Positions 37,267-46,637 of a stretch of DNA of 64,000 nt are shown piece after piece (position 1 is the first letter of the stretch; each line of letters opens with the position of its first letter). This stretch comes from Myxococcota bacterium. GTDB taxonomy: Bacteria; Myxococcota_A; UBA9160; UBA6930. The notes under the pieces are model-generated. The model saw only the letters and a program-made list of their open reading frames with translations, ran no database searches and was not told where the DNA came from. The position numbers and the translations under genes were made by a program. The stretch is taken from NCBI GenBank assembly GCA_965223415.1, contig OZ245002.1, forward strand, positions 1,248,001 through 1,312,000, read 5' to 3'.

Positions 37267-38712
37267 TCAGGTGGTTGCGTCCACCCGCTCGAGAAGCTCG
37301 GCGTACTTCAGCAGGTGGTCGACCCCGAGGAAGCGCTCCCGGACACGCTCCCTCGCGGCGGCTCCCATGGCCTCCATCCGCTCCGGCTCACACAGGAGCG
37401 TGCAGAGGGTATCGGCAAAGGCGTCGGAATCGGTCGGGTCCTTCACCAGCAGCCCGTTCACGCCGTCATCGATCTGGTCCTGGATCCCGCCGACGGCACT
37501 GGCCACCACCGGCTTGCCCTTCCACATCGCCTCGGTGACGGTGAGCCCGAAGCCCTCCTTCAGGCTCTTCTGGACGACCACGGCGGCATGGGATTGGAGC
37601 GCGTTGACGATCGCCGCGTTCTCCTGGATGTCGTGCACGGGAAGGCTCGCCAGGTGGACGCGGTTGCGGACGGCGTGGGGCAGGGAGCGCCAACCTTCCA
37701 CCACCCGATCGAACACCTGGGCGCCCTCCGGATCGTCGGCGACGGCGGAGACGTTCGGTCCCGCCAGCACGAGCTCGGGCTGCGCGGGGCACTTGCTGTC
37801 GTAGAGCCGCGCGAAGCCCTCCATCACACCGGCCATGTCCTTCAGCGGATCCCAACGGGAGACCTGCACCACGAGCGGCGTCTCCCCGGCGGGGGGGCGG
37901 CCGAGCCGCACGATGTCGGCGCGTCGCTCGACCCGGCCGGGCGTCCCGTCGTCGCGCACGAAGCCGTGATCGGCGTTCGCGGGCGCAGGCCCCTCCACCA
38001 GGCCCGTGTGGACCAGGATCGTCCGGATCGCCGTCTCCGCGAGCTCCTGGTTCTTGGCGGAGAAGGCGTCGATGCTCGGCGTGATGATGGTCGACTTGCC
38101 GTGATCGCAGATGGCGGGCACGTAGCTCTCGCGCGAGAACACGTAGTGCGGAATGGCGTCCAGGTAGGGCCGCAAGAACTCCCACCCCTGGTCCGCCTCC
38201 TCGCTCGGCCCGTCGAGGCCGATGTGGCAGCGCCAGACGACCCGCGCTCCGGCCTGGATCAGGCTGGCGGCGAGCCCGGCGGTCTGCGGATCGTGGAGGA
38301 TGACGATGTCCTTCGGCCGGACCACCGAGGCCAGCTCGAGGGCATTGTCCCGGAGGGTCGCCTCGTAGATATCGCGCGCGCTCTCGTCGAGGGGGCTGCC
38401 ATCGCCTGCCGAACCGTGGAGCGAGTGATGCAGCCGCTTCGTCACCCGGAAGAACGCCTCGTTTCCGGTGATCACCACCCAGCGGCTGTCGATGCCGACA
38501 CTCCGGGTGTAGCCGAGCAGGGATTGCAGCATCTCGGCGACGCCGCCCCCCACAGCGGTGGAGTTCACGTTCCAGACCACGCGCTTGGAGAGCCGCTCGC
38601 GCGCCCGCCCGGCGGCCTCGAGCGCGGCGCGGAAGTCCTTCTCCGGGATCACCTTCTGGAATCGCTCGAGCGGCTGGATCCCGACTCTCACCTCGTGGAT
38701 CTGCGTCGCCAC
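37267..38712 (-). CDS. GT4 glycosyltransferase, TreT-like trehalose synthase
   Basis: VNSTAVGGGVAEML, HDPQ, WRCHI, QVSRWDPLKD, DDPEG, EGFGLTVTEAMWK; start uncertain (38712 or 38730). Confidence 0.88.
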   Translation of the reverse strand: MATQIHEVRVGIQPLERFQKVIPEKDFRAALEAAGRARERLSKRVVWNVNSTAVGGGVAEMLQSLLGYTRSVGIDSRWVVITGNEAFFRVTKRLHHSLHGSAGDGSPLDESARDIYEATLRDNALELASVVRPKDIVILHDPQTAGLAASLIQAGARVVWRCHIGLDGPSEEADQGWEFLRPYLDAIPHYVFSRESYVPAICDHGKSTIITPSIDAFSAKNQELAETAIRTILVHTGLVEGPAPANADHGFVRDDGTPGRVERRADIVRLGRPPAGETPLVVQVSRWDPLKDMAGVMEGFARLYDSKCPAQPELVLAGPNVSAVADDPEGAQVFDRVVEGWRSLPHAVRNRVHLASLPVHDIQENAAIVNALQSHAAVVVQKSLKEGFGLTVTEAMWKGKPVVASAVGGIQDQIDDGVNGLLVKDPTDSDAFADTLCTLLCEPERMEAMGAAARERVRERFLGVDHLLKYAELLERVDATT

Positions 38713-38796
38713 GCCTGCCTCCATCCCCATCGCTGCAAGAGTACCGACCCAGGCGCGGACCTCGACAGGGGCGAAGGCCTGCTGTTCCCTTCCTGC

Positions 38797-39261
38797 ATGG
38801 GCCAGACATCCTTCGACCCCGCCCGCCACCGTTGGCGCGAGGTGACCGGCGGACCCGAGCTTTCCTACAAAGTGCGCCACGACTACACGATCCTCGGCTA
38901 CGACGTGGCGGCCGGAACCCTCGACATGGTGGTGCGATGGAGGGGCGACGGCGGCCACTGCCCCATCCATCGCCACACCGCGATCACTACCGTCCTCGTG
39001 CTCGAGGGCGAGCAGCACCTCCGGGACCTCCACCCGGACGGCTCCCGCGGCGAGCCCAAGGTGCGGAAGGCCGGAGACTACGCGCTCACGGTGGGGGACG
39101 ATTTGCCCCACCTGGAATGCGGCGGTCCGGAAGGCGGCCTGGTCTTCTTCGGCGGCCACTGCAACGACGGCGTCCTCTACGAGCTGCTGGACGAGGACAT
39201 GAAGGTCATCGCCGAGGTCACGATCGAGGGGCTCGTGGCGGATTGGCAGGCGAACAGCTGA
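38797..39261 (+). CDS. Cupin-like protein
   Basis: CPIHRH...VLEGEQH...PHLE; TGATG overlap with the BVMO start. Confidence 0.75.
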   Translation: MGQTSFDPARHRWREVTGGPELSYKVRHDYTILGYDVAAGTLDMVVRWRGDGGHCPIHRHTAITTVLVLEGEQHLRDLHPDGSRGEPKVRKAGDYALTVGDDLPHLECGGPEGGLVFFGGHCNDGVLYELLDEDMKVIAEVTIEGLVADWQANS

Positions 39262-41063
39262 TGGCGGTGGCGACGCAGGAGCTGGGCTTCGACCCGGACG
39301 CGTTGCGTGAGAAGTACCGCGAAGAGCGGGACAAGCGGCTCCGGCCCGAGGGCAACGACCAGTACCGGCACATCGACGGCGAGCTCGACCGCTTCCTCGA
39401 CGACCCCTTCGCGGAGCCGGGCCTCACCCGGGAGCCGCTGGACGTCGAGACCGAGGTGGCGATCGTCGGCGGCGGCTTCAGCGGCCTCCTCGCCGGCGCC
39501 CGCCTGCGCGAGGCCGGTGTTCGCGACCTGCGCATCCTCGAGATCGGCGCGGACTTCGGCGGCACCTGGTACTGGAACCGCTACCCGGGTGCCCAGTGCG
39601 ACATCGAGTCCTACATCTACCTGCCGCTCCTGGAGGAGCTGGGCGAGCTCCCGAAGGAGAAGTACGCCTACGGCCCGGACATCTGGGGCCACGCCCAGGC
39701 GATCGGGCGGCACTTCGATCTCTACGACGGAGCGCTCTTCCAGACCCGGGTGACGGCGATGCGCTGGGATGAGGAGACGGGACGTTGGATCCTCTCCACC
39801 CAGCGCGGCGACCGCATCAGGGCGCGCTTCGCGATCCAGGCGATCGGGCCGCTCAGCCGCCCGAAGCTTCCCGGCATCCCGGGCATCGAGCGCTTCCAGG
39901 GGCACTCCTTCCACACGAGCCGTTGGGACTACGGCTACACCGGCGGCGACACGAACGGGAACCTGCATCGCCTCCACGACAAGCGCGTCGGCGTGATCGG
40001 CACCGGAGCCACGGCGGTGCAGTGCATCCCGCACCTGGGCGAAGCCGCCGCCCACCTCTACGTCTTCCAGCGCACCCCATCCTCCATCGACGTGCGCGGC
40101 AATCGCCCCACCAGTCCGGAATGGGCCCGGAGCCTCGAGCCGGGCTGGCAGCAGCACCGCATCGACAACTTCAGCGTCCTCGTCTCCGGCGGCATGGCGG
40201 AGGAAGACCTGGTCGCTGACGGCTGGACCGACATCATCCGCAACCTGTCCGGCCTGGCCGAGCAGAGCGGCGGCCTGGGCGACACCCCGGAAGCGATCCT
40301 GGCCCAGGTGGAGCTGGCGGACTTCCAGAAGATGGAGCAGATCCGCGCCCGGGTGGACGCCCTCGTCCGGGACCCGGCCACCGCCGAGGCCCTGAAGCCC
40401 TGGTACCGACAGTTCTGCAAGCGCCCGTGCTTCCACGACGACTACCTGCCCACCTTCAACCGCCCCAACGTCACCCTCGTCGACACCCGGGGACAGGGCG
40501 TCGAGCGCATCACCGAGAACGCGGTGATCGCGGCCGGCGAGGCCTACGAGCTGGACTGCCTCGTCTTCGCCACGGGCTTCGAGGTGGGGACGGCCTACAC
40601 CCAGCGGGCGGGCTGCGAGATCGTGGGACGGGAGGGTCGGACCCTCACGACGAAGTGGGCCGACGGCGTCGCCACCTTCCACGGCCTCCTGACCCACGGC
40701 TTCCCGAACTGCTTCATCATGGGCGGCCTGCAGTCCGGCGTCACCCCAAACTTCACCGAGCTCTACAACGAGCAGAGCCGACACGTCGCCTACGTGGTCG
40801 AACAGACCCGCAAGCGCGGCGCCCGCACGGTGGACGCCTCGGCGGAGGCGGAGGCCACCTGGGTCCGCACGATCCACGAATCCGGGAGCTTCAGCGCGGA
40901 CTTCGCCGAGAGCTGCACGCCGGGCTACTACAACAACGAGGGCAAGCCCGGCGAGGGGCCGGGCTGGTTCGGCGGCAACTTCGGCGGGGGTGCCCAGGCG
41001 TTCTTCGCGCTGCTCCGGGAGTGGCGGGAGAAGGGAGAGCTCGAGGGGCTCGAGCTCAGGTGA
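39261..41063 (+). CDS. Baeyer-Villiger monooxygenase (long-N-terminus CDMO/PtlE-like type)
   Basis: KYREERDKRLR, GGGFSG, GGTWYWNRYPG, FQGHSFHTSRWD, GTGATA, CTPGYYNNEG. Confidence 0.93.
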   Translation: MAVATQELGFDPDALREKYREERDKRLRPEGNDQYRHIDGELDRFLDDPFAEPGLTREPLDVETEVAIVGGGFSGLLAGARLREAGVRDLRILEIGADFGGTWYWNRYPGAQCDIESYIYLPLLEELGELPKEKYAYGPDIWGHAQAIGRHFDLYDGALFQTRVTAMRWDEETGRWILSTQRGDRIRARFAIQAIGPLSRPKLPGIPGIERFQGHSFHTSRWDYGYTGGDTNGNLHRLHDKRVGVIGTGATAVQCIPHLGEAAAHLYVFQRTPSSIDVRGNRPTSPEWARSLEPGWQQHRIDNFSVLVSGGMAEEDLVADGWTDIIRNLSGLAEQSGGLGDTPEAILAQVELADFQKMEQIRARVDALVRDPATAEALKPWYRQFCKRPCFHDDYLPTFNRPNVTLVDTRGQGVERITENAVIAAGEAYELDCLVFATGFEVGTAYTQRAGCEIVGREGRTLTTKWADGVATFHGLLTHGFPNCFIMGGLQSGVTPNFTELYNEQSRHVAYVVEQTRKRGARTVDASAEAEATWVRTIHESGSFSADFAESCTPGYYNNEGKPGEGPGWFGGNFGGGAQAFFALLREWREKGELEGLELR

Positions 41064-41091
41064 GGTCCTTCCGACTGAGGGCCGCGGTGCT

Positions 41092-42348
41092 TCAGCCGAG
41101 CTCGCGATAGGACCGATCCGAATGCCCCTCACCGCAGCCCTCCGGGTCGCCTCCGTCCTCCTCGTTGGCGTCTTCCTCTTCGAGCGCTACGGCCGCGAGA
41201 CGGACATGATCGCTCCCCTCGTCTTCGCGGTCCTCCTGGCCGCGCTGTCCCTGGGTGTGGGTCGCTGGCCTCGTGCCGTGGCCGGAACGGCGTTGGCGAT
41301 TTCCGCGTCTTCGATTCTCGTGGGAATCGCCATGTGGTGGAACGGGGCCCTGCCCTGGTTCGCGCCCGTATTCGACATCGCCGTCTTCGGCACGGTCGGC
41401 TGGCTTGCGATGCGGGAGCTCGGAGCGGCGCCGTAGCCTGCCTGCACCGGGCCTGCGGGCGCGCCGCCCTGGCGGGCCCGCCGAAGGCGGGCCCGCTGAG
41501 AGCCCGGACTCACTCGCCGGATCCCCCGCGATGCGCGTGTGGTGCATCACGCGAGGCAGACCCGGATCGTAGGGCCGCGCCCGGTGCAGCACGCAGCGGT
41601 TGTCCCAGATCGCCAGGTCGCCGGGCGCCCAGCGGTGCGACCACACCCGCGGCGGGAGGCAGGCGGAGTCCAGGAGCTCGTCGAGGAGGGCCTCGGACTC
41701 CTCCGGCGCGAGGCCGCGAATGCCGTACGCGTGGCGCCCGATGAAGAGCGCCGGCCGTCCCGTTTCCGGGTGCACCTTCACGAGGGGACGAAGCGGCGCT
41801 TCATCCTGGTCCAGGCCGTAGCGATACACCCCGGGCTCGGCCCCGTAGCCCGCCCTGGCCTGGGAGTACTTGAGGGAGTGGCGGGCGGCGAGGTCGGCGA
41901 TGCGCTCGCGCATCGCCGGATCGAGCGCCTCGTAGGCCGCGCGCATGTCCGCCCACTCGGTCTCGCCGCCCTCCTCCGTCACCACCTCGGCGGCGAGCAG
42001 CGAGGCCTTGGCGGCTACCGGCATGTAGGAGCTGTCCGTGTGCCAGCCCTCGTTGCCGAGCAGGATCTGCTTCACCGGATCGTCGTCGTCCCGCAGGCTG
42101 CCGTCGGCCCGCTGGTTGCTGATGGCGACGCGACCGGTCGCGGCGACGAGCGGGTCCAGCGGGCCGAAGCGGAGGCCGAACGCCACCTGCCCGTCGTGGC
42201 TGGGATGCTGGCCGGGGAAGATCAGCAGCGCGTGCTCGAGGAAGGCCGCCTCGAGGATCCGGAAGTCGGCCTCGCCCAGGGCGTCCAGGCGCGCTCCGGT
42301 CACGAAGGCGCCGAGGGTGGCGCCGGTCGGCTTCACCTCGCAGGCCAT
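41092..42348 (-). CDS. TauD/TfdA-family Fe(II)/2-oxoglutarate dioxygenase; family-like sequence ends near 41500 but the ORF reads through to 41092
   Basis: LIFPGQ, WHTDSSY (HxD), GGETEWAD, HPETGRPAL, WDNRCVLHR. Confidence 0.88.
   Translation of the reverse strand: MACEVKPTGATLGAFVTGARLDALGEADFRILEAAFLEHALLIFPGQHPSHDGQVAFGLRFGPLDPLVAATGRVAISNQRADGSLRDDDDPVKQILLGNEGWHTDSSYMPVAAKASLLAAEVVTEEGGETEWADMRAAYEALDPAMRERIADLAARHSLKYSQARAGYGAEPGVYRYGLDQDEAPLRPLVKVHPETGRPALFIGRHAYGIRGLAPEESEALLDELLDSACLPPRVWSHRWAPGDLAIWDNRCVLHRARPYDPGLPRVMHHTRIAGDPASESGLSAGPPSAGPPGRRARRPGAGRLRRRSELPHRKPADRAEDGDVEYGREPGQGPVPPHGDSHENRRRGNRQRRSGHGTRPATHTQGQRGQEDREDEGSDHVRLAAVALEEEDANEEDGGDPEGCGEGHSDRSYRELG
41122..41436 (+). 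CDS. Small membrane protein
   Basis: 104 aa with about four hydrophobic segments. Confidence 0.65.
   Translation: MPLTAALRVASVLLVGVFLFERYGRETDMIAPLVFAVLLAALSLGVGRWPRAVAGTALAISASSILVGIAMWWNGALPWFAPVFDIAVFGTVGWLAMRELGAAP
41472..41496. terminator. Perfect 11-bp GC hairpin between convergent genes
   Basis: GCGGGCCCGCC-GAA-GGCGGGCCCGC; no T tract on either side. Confidence 0.4.
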
Positions 42349-42391
42349 GCCTCTCGTGGTAGCTCGGCGGCGGAGCTGGCACAATCGGGCC

Positions 42392-42832
42392 ATGCGCACT
42401 CCCCAGTTCCTCCTGGCCCTTTCCGTCACCGCCCTCTGTGCCTGCGGCGGACCGCTGCCCTTCCTCTCGGGCGGCGCCCTCGACGGGCCGGTAAAGCCGG
42501 CGCCCGAGGGCTTCGGCTTCGCCCGAGACGCCGGAACGGTGCAGCTCGAGACCCGGCCCGAGGACCCGTACTCGGTGAACATCGCCTGCGCGATCGTCGA
42601 CGACCGGCTCTACGTCTCCGCCGGCGACAACAAGGCGGCCTGGGTCGAGCACATGGAGGCGGACCCTCGCGTGCGTCTGCGCGTCCGCGGCGAGATCTAC
42701 GAGCTCCGGGCGAGCCGCGTGACCGACGAGGCCGAGATGCGCGCGTTCGCCGACGAATGGACGAAGAACGCCTGGGCCCGCGATCCGACTACCCTCGAGG
42801 TGGCCTGGGTCTATCGGCTCGAGGCTCGCTAG
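42392..42832 (+). CDS. Lipoprotein with DDN/split-barrel-like domain
   Basis: MRTPQFLLALSVTALCAC lipobox; VQLET, PYSVN, WVEHMEADPRVRLR. Confidence 0.75.
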   Translation: MRTPQFLLALSVTALCACGGPLPFLSGGALDGPVKPAPEGFGFARDAGTVQLETRPEDPYSVNIACAIVDDRLYVSAGDNKAAWVEHMEADPRVRLRVRGEIYELRASRVTDEAEMRAFADEWTKNAWARDPTTLEVAWVYRLEAR

Positions 42833-42863
42833 GGCGCGCCCCGATCGGGCCTGGAGCCGGCCG

Positions 42864-44072
42864 TTAGTCCTCGCCGAGGTACCCCGGCTCCTGCGAGACC
42901 GTGGTGTGGGTCTTGCTGCGCACCGCGCCGAGCTTCTTGCGGCCTCGATCCGCAGCCTCCGGATCGACCGGACGCTGGGCAAAGCCGGTGTAGAGCACCT
43001 TGCGCGTGCGGGTCACCGGCGGCTGGGCCATGTGAAGCGTGCAGCTCAGGTGGACGGTGACGTCGCCGGTAGCGGTCGGCAGATCGAGGGGAGCGAGATC
43101 GAGGCCGGGTTGGAGGCACGGGGAGGGCCACACGAGCGCCCGGTGGCTGCCGGGCACGACCCGCAGCTGGCCGGATTCAGAGTCGGCGCCGGTGACGGAG
43201 ATGCCGACGGTGAGGGAGCAGCACTCGTAGGAGTGGCGGCCCAAGCTGCAGTCCTTGTGCCACGGGACGTCCGAGATGCCCTTCACCACGCCGATCGGCT
43301 TGATGAGGGCTCCGACCCGTTGGCCAGGCGCGCGGCGGTGCTCGTGGTCGAGGCCGGGGATGCGGCCGATGCGCAGGAAGCGGTCCTCGTCGATCAGCTC
43401 CCGTGCGGCGGGCGAGTAGCGCTCGAAGCCCTCCATGCGCACCAGCTGCTCGCTGCCGTCCTTCGTGGTGGCGAACCACGCGCGCGGGTCTCCCTTCTCG
43501 AAGTGGGGCTCGGCCACGGCGTAGTCGGCGGCCACCGCGGCCATCTCCTCCGCGCTGAAGAGGCCGTGGATGTGAAGGTAGCCCGCTTCTTCCAGGTAGG
43601 CGCGCATCTCTTCGTCGGAATCGTCGGGCGTGAAGCTTCGCGGAACCGGGGCGTCGACCCTCACGTCGCCCCGGGCGTGGATGCGCCGGCCGTCGAGGGC
43701 CGCCCGCAGGACCAACCACCAGTTCAGGAAGTCTGGCAGGCCGCCCTCGGGCATGTCGAGGACGGCGTTGCTCATGAAGGCGATCGGCGTGGCCTGGTCG
43801 TTCACGATGTCGGCGAGCTGCTCGCCGCTGAGGCGCGCGCGGGCCGCACCGCTGGGGCCCGGAGAGACGTTCACCCGGTCTTCCCTCCAACCGAGCGTCC
43901 AGGGCTCTCCTTCGGTCTCGATGCACAGGTCCCGGAGCGCAAGCTCGCGGGCGCCCGGTGCGATCTTCGACTGGTGCGCGTCCAGGAGCGACGGGAGCGT
44001 GTCGCGGAAGAAGACGCCGGCGTCGACCCGGGCCTGCTCGGTGTCGACGCGGCTGCGGAAATCGACGGACAT
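42864..44072 (-). CDS. Phytanoyl-CoA dioxygenase (PhyH)-family protein with N-terminal extension
   Basis: EAGYLHI, WHKD (HxD), GQLRVVPGSH, GDVTVH..CTLH, R. Confidence 0.85.
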   Translation of the reverse strand: MSVDFRSRVDTEQARVDAGVFFRDTLPSLLDAHQSKIAPGARELALRDLCIETEGEPWTLGWREDRVNVSPGPSGAARARLSGEQLADIVNDQATPIAFMSNAVLDMPEGGLPDFLNWWLVLRAALDGRRIHARGDVRVDAPVPRSFTPDDSDEEMRAYLEEAGYLHIHGLFSAEEMAAVAADYAVAEPHFEKGDPRAWFATTKDGSEQLVRMEGFERYSPAARELIDEDRFLRIGRIPGLDHEHRRAPGQRVGALIKPIGVVKGISDVPWHKDCSLGRHSYECCSLTVGISVTGADSESGQLRVVPGSHRALVWPSPCLQPGLDLAPLDLPTATGDVTVHLSCTLHMAQPPVTRTRKVLYTGFAQRPVDPEAADRGRKKLGAVRSKTHTTVSQEPGYLGED

Positions 44073-44081
44073 GACAGGATC

Positions 44082-44936
44082 CTAGACCAGCGAGGCCAGG
44101 GCGCGCCCGGTGGCCTCCCGGTAGCCACCGCCGAACTTGATGGCGTGTACGACCAGAGGCGCGAGCTGGTGGAGCGGGACGCGCTCGGGCCAGCCCGGCG
44201 CCAGGGGCCAGGCTTCCTCGTAGGCGTGGAAGCACGCGTCCCCGAAGCCGCCGAAGAGCCGCATCATCGCCAGGTCGAACTCCCGGTGCCCGCCGTGGGC
44301 GGCGGGGTCGATGAGCCAGCTCGCGCCGCCGGCCCCGACCAGGCGGTTGCCCGCCCAGAGGTCGCCGTGAAGGCGCGCGGGCGGCTCCGGGGGACCACCG
44401 AGCTCGGGCAGCCGGCGAGCCACCTGCTCGAGGACGCGGACCGAGGCCGCCGGCAGCGCGCCGCCATCGGCGGCGAGGCGTGCGAGCGGCAACAGGCGGC
44501 TCTCGGCGTAGAAGGTGGCCCAGGTCTCGGCGGGCTCGTTCGGCAGCTTGCGGCTCCCGGTGGTGCGACGGTCCTCGCGCCCGAAGCAGGGCGCGCCGCT
44601 CTGGTGGAGGGCCGCAAGCGCACGACCGAAGTCGCCCTCGGTGCGGGCGGCGGGCCGCCCCGTCTCGATCCACTCGAGCAGCAACGCCGCCGGCTCGTCG
44701 CTCACCGCGAGGACCTCGGGAACCGGCACCGCGCCGGCCTCGCGAAGCCAGGCGAGCCCCGCGGCCTCGGTGGTGAAGAAGCCTCGGGGCGCGCGCAAGT
44801 GTGTCTTGGCAAAGACGACGGTGCCGTCGGCGAGTACCGCGCGGTAGGACTCGGCGACGTCGCCGCCGCCGAGGGGCGCCATCTCCTCCACGTCCTGGGA
44901 GAGCACCTCCACCAGGAAGGCGCGCAGCGGGTTCAT
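44082..44936 (-). CDS. Fructosamine kinase-family protein
   Basis: GGGD, FAK, EAAGL, LHGDLWAGN, IDPA, GHREFDLAM. Confidence 0.92.
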   Translation of the reverse strand: MNPLRAFLVEVLSQDVEEMAPLGGGDVAESYRAVLADGTVVFAKTHLRAPRGFFTTEAAGLAWLREAGAVPVPEVLAVSDEPAALLLEWIETGRPAARTEGDFGRALAALHQSGAPCFGREDRRTTGSRKLPNEPAETWATFYAESRLLPLARLAADGGALPAASVRVLEQVARRLPELGGPPEPPARLHGDLWAGNRLVGAGGASWLIDPAAHGGHREFDLAMMRLFGGFGDACFHAYEEAWPLAPGWPERVPLHQLAPLVVHAIKFGGGYREATGRALASLV

Positions 44937-44961
44937 GCGAGCCGGCGGGCGGACGAGTCCG

Positions 44962-45432
44962 TCACGGGCGCTCCCGCGTGAGACGGAAGACCTTGATGTT
45001 CCGGTCAGTGCGCTGCTCGTAGACGCGCATCATCGGGATCGCCTGGTAGACGGCGTCCCACACCTCCTCCTTCTCTTCGCCGCTGAGCACGCGCGCCCGG
45101 GCCAGGAAGCGCTCCCCGGGCATCTGCACCTCCACCGTCGGATGGGCCTCGAGGTTGTAGCTCCATGCCGGATGGCGTTCCTGGCCCATGGCGCTCGCGA
45201 CCACCAGCCAGTCGTCCTCGTGAGGAAGCGCGGCCAGGTGCACGAGACGCGGCTGGCCGCTGCGAGCGCCGATCGTGGTGATCGTGACCATCGGCATGCT
45301 GCCGCCGCCCATCGAGAAGAGGCGGCCGCCCGTCGCTCGGAAGAGCCACGGGTCGATGCGCGATGCCACCTTCCGGATCCACCAGGTCGTCATCGGGTTG
45401 GTGACCAGCCAGACGAAGAAGCGCTCGCCCAT
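44962..45432 (-). CDS. Deazaflavin (F420H2)-dependent nitroreductase family (DDN)
   Basis: TTIGARSGQPR, VVAS..G...HPAWSYNL.AHP, YEQRTDRNIKVF. Confidence 0.9.
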   Translation of the reverse strand: MGERFFVWLVTNPMTTWWIRKVASRIDPWLFRATGGRLFSMGGGSMPMVTITTIGARSGQPRLVHLAALPHEDDWLVVASAMGQERHPAWSYNLEAHPTVEVQMPGERFLARARVLSGEEKEEVWDAVYQAIPMMRVYEQRTDRNIKVFRLTRERP

Positions 45433-46529
45433 CAGTCGAAGACGATGACCTGCCGGGCCACCTCACTCTCGCGCATGCGGTCGAAGGCCTCGTTCACGTC
45501 ATCCAGGGGAATGCGCGCGGAGATCATCTCGTCCAGGTGCAGGCGGCCGTCCAGGTAGAAGTCGACGTAGCTGGGCATGTCGAAGCGGAAGCGGTTCGAG
45601 CCCATATAGGAGCCCGCGATCGTCTTCTCCTGCATCAGCAGGTCCGCCGGGGAGATCGGAACCGTCTCCGTCACCGGGACCAGCCCGACCACCACGGTGG
45701 TTCCGCCGCGGCCCGTCATGGCCACGGCCTGTCCGACGGTGGCGGCGAGGCCGATGCACTCGAAGGCGAAGTCGACGCCTCCTCCGGTCAGCTCCTGGAC
45801 GGCGGCGACGGGATCGTCGCTGCCGGCGTCGATGCAATCGGTGGCGCCGAGCTTCCGGGCGAGATCGAGCTTCCACGCCTGGGTGTCGATGGCGAGGATC
45901 CGGCCCGCGCCGACGATCCGAGCCCCCTGGAGGGCCGCGAGCCCGACACCGCCGAGGCCGATGATCGCCACCGTCGCGCCGGCGGGGATGCTCACGGTTC
46001 GGAGCGCGGCACCGATGCCCGTGGTGACACCGCAGCCGATCAGGCAGGCGCGATCGAGGGGCATGTCGTCGCGGATCTTCACCAGCGCCCGCTCCGGACA
46101 CAGCATCTGCTCGGCGAAGGACGACAGGTTGCCGAACTGCAGGATCGGCTGCCCGTCCGCGCCCACCAGACGGGGCTCCCGGGGCTTCGCCCCCGCCGGG
46201 CCCCCGGTGTACTGGGTGGGACAGAGGTAGGGCCGGCCCTCGGTGCAGAAGCGGCACTCGCCGCACCACACGGTGGTGCAGCCGATCACGTGGTCGCCGG
46301 GAGCGAAGCCGCTGACGCCCTGCCCCACCGCCTCCACGACGCCGGCGGGCTCGTGGCCCAGGATGGCGGGCGCCGGGAACGGCACGCCGCCTTCCAGGAT
46401 GGTGAGATCGCTGTGGCAGATGCCGGAGGCCGCGGTCCGCAGCAGCACCTCTCCCGGGCCCGGGTCGTCGATCCGGACGTCTTCGATCTCGAGGGGCGCA
46501 CCAGTCGCACGCATCACTGCGGCCTTCAT
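45432..46529 (-). CDS. Zn-dependent alcohol dehydrogenase
   Basis: CHSD, GHE, CGECRFC...C, GCGVTTG, GLGGVG. Confidence 0.95.
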   Translation of the reverse strand: MKAAVMRATGAPLEIEDVRIDDPGPGEVLLRTAASGICHSDLTILEGGVPFPAPAILGHEPAGVVEAVGQGVSGFAPGDHVIGCTTVWCGECRFCTEGRPYLCPTQYTGGPAGAKPREPRLVGADGQPILQFGNLSSFAEQMLCPERALVKIRDDMPLDRACLIGCGVTTGIGAALRTVSIPAGATVAIIGLGGVGLAALQGARIVGAGRILAIDTQAWKLDLARKLGATDCIDAGSDDPVAAVQELTGGGVDFAFECIGLAATVGQAVAMTGRGGTTVVVGLVPVTETVPISPADLLMQEKTIAGSYMGSNRFRFDMPSYVDFYLDGRLHLDEMISARIPLDDVNEAFDRMRESEVARQVIVFD

Positions 46530-46637
46530 GGCGGAGCTCCTTGCTGGTCCGTTTGATAATCCAGCGCCGACGGCATCGCCAATCGAGCTTGAACGACGTC
46601 ACTCGCCGCGCCATGCTGGCCCCCGAAGGAGCCAGCG

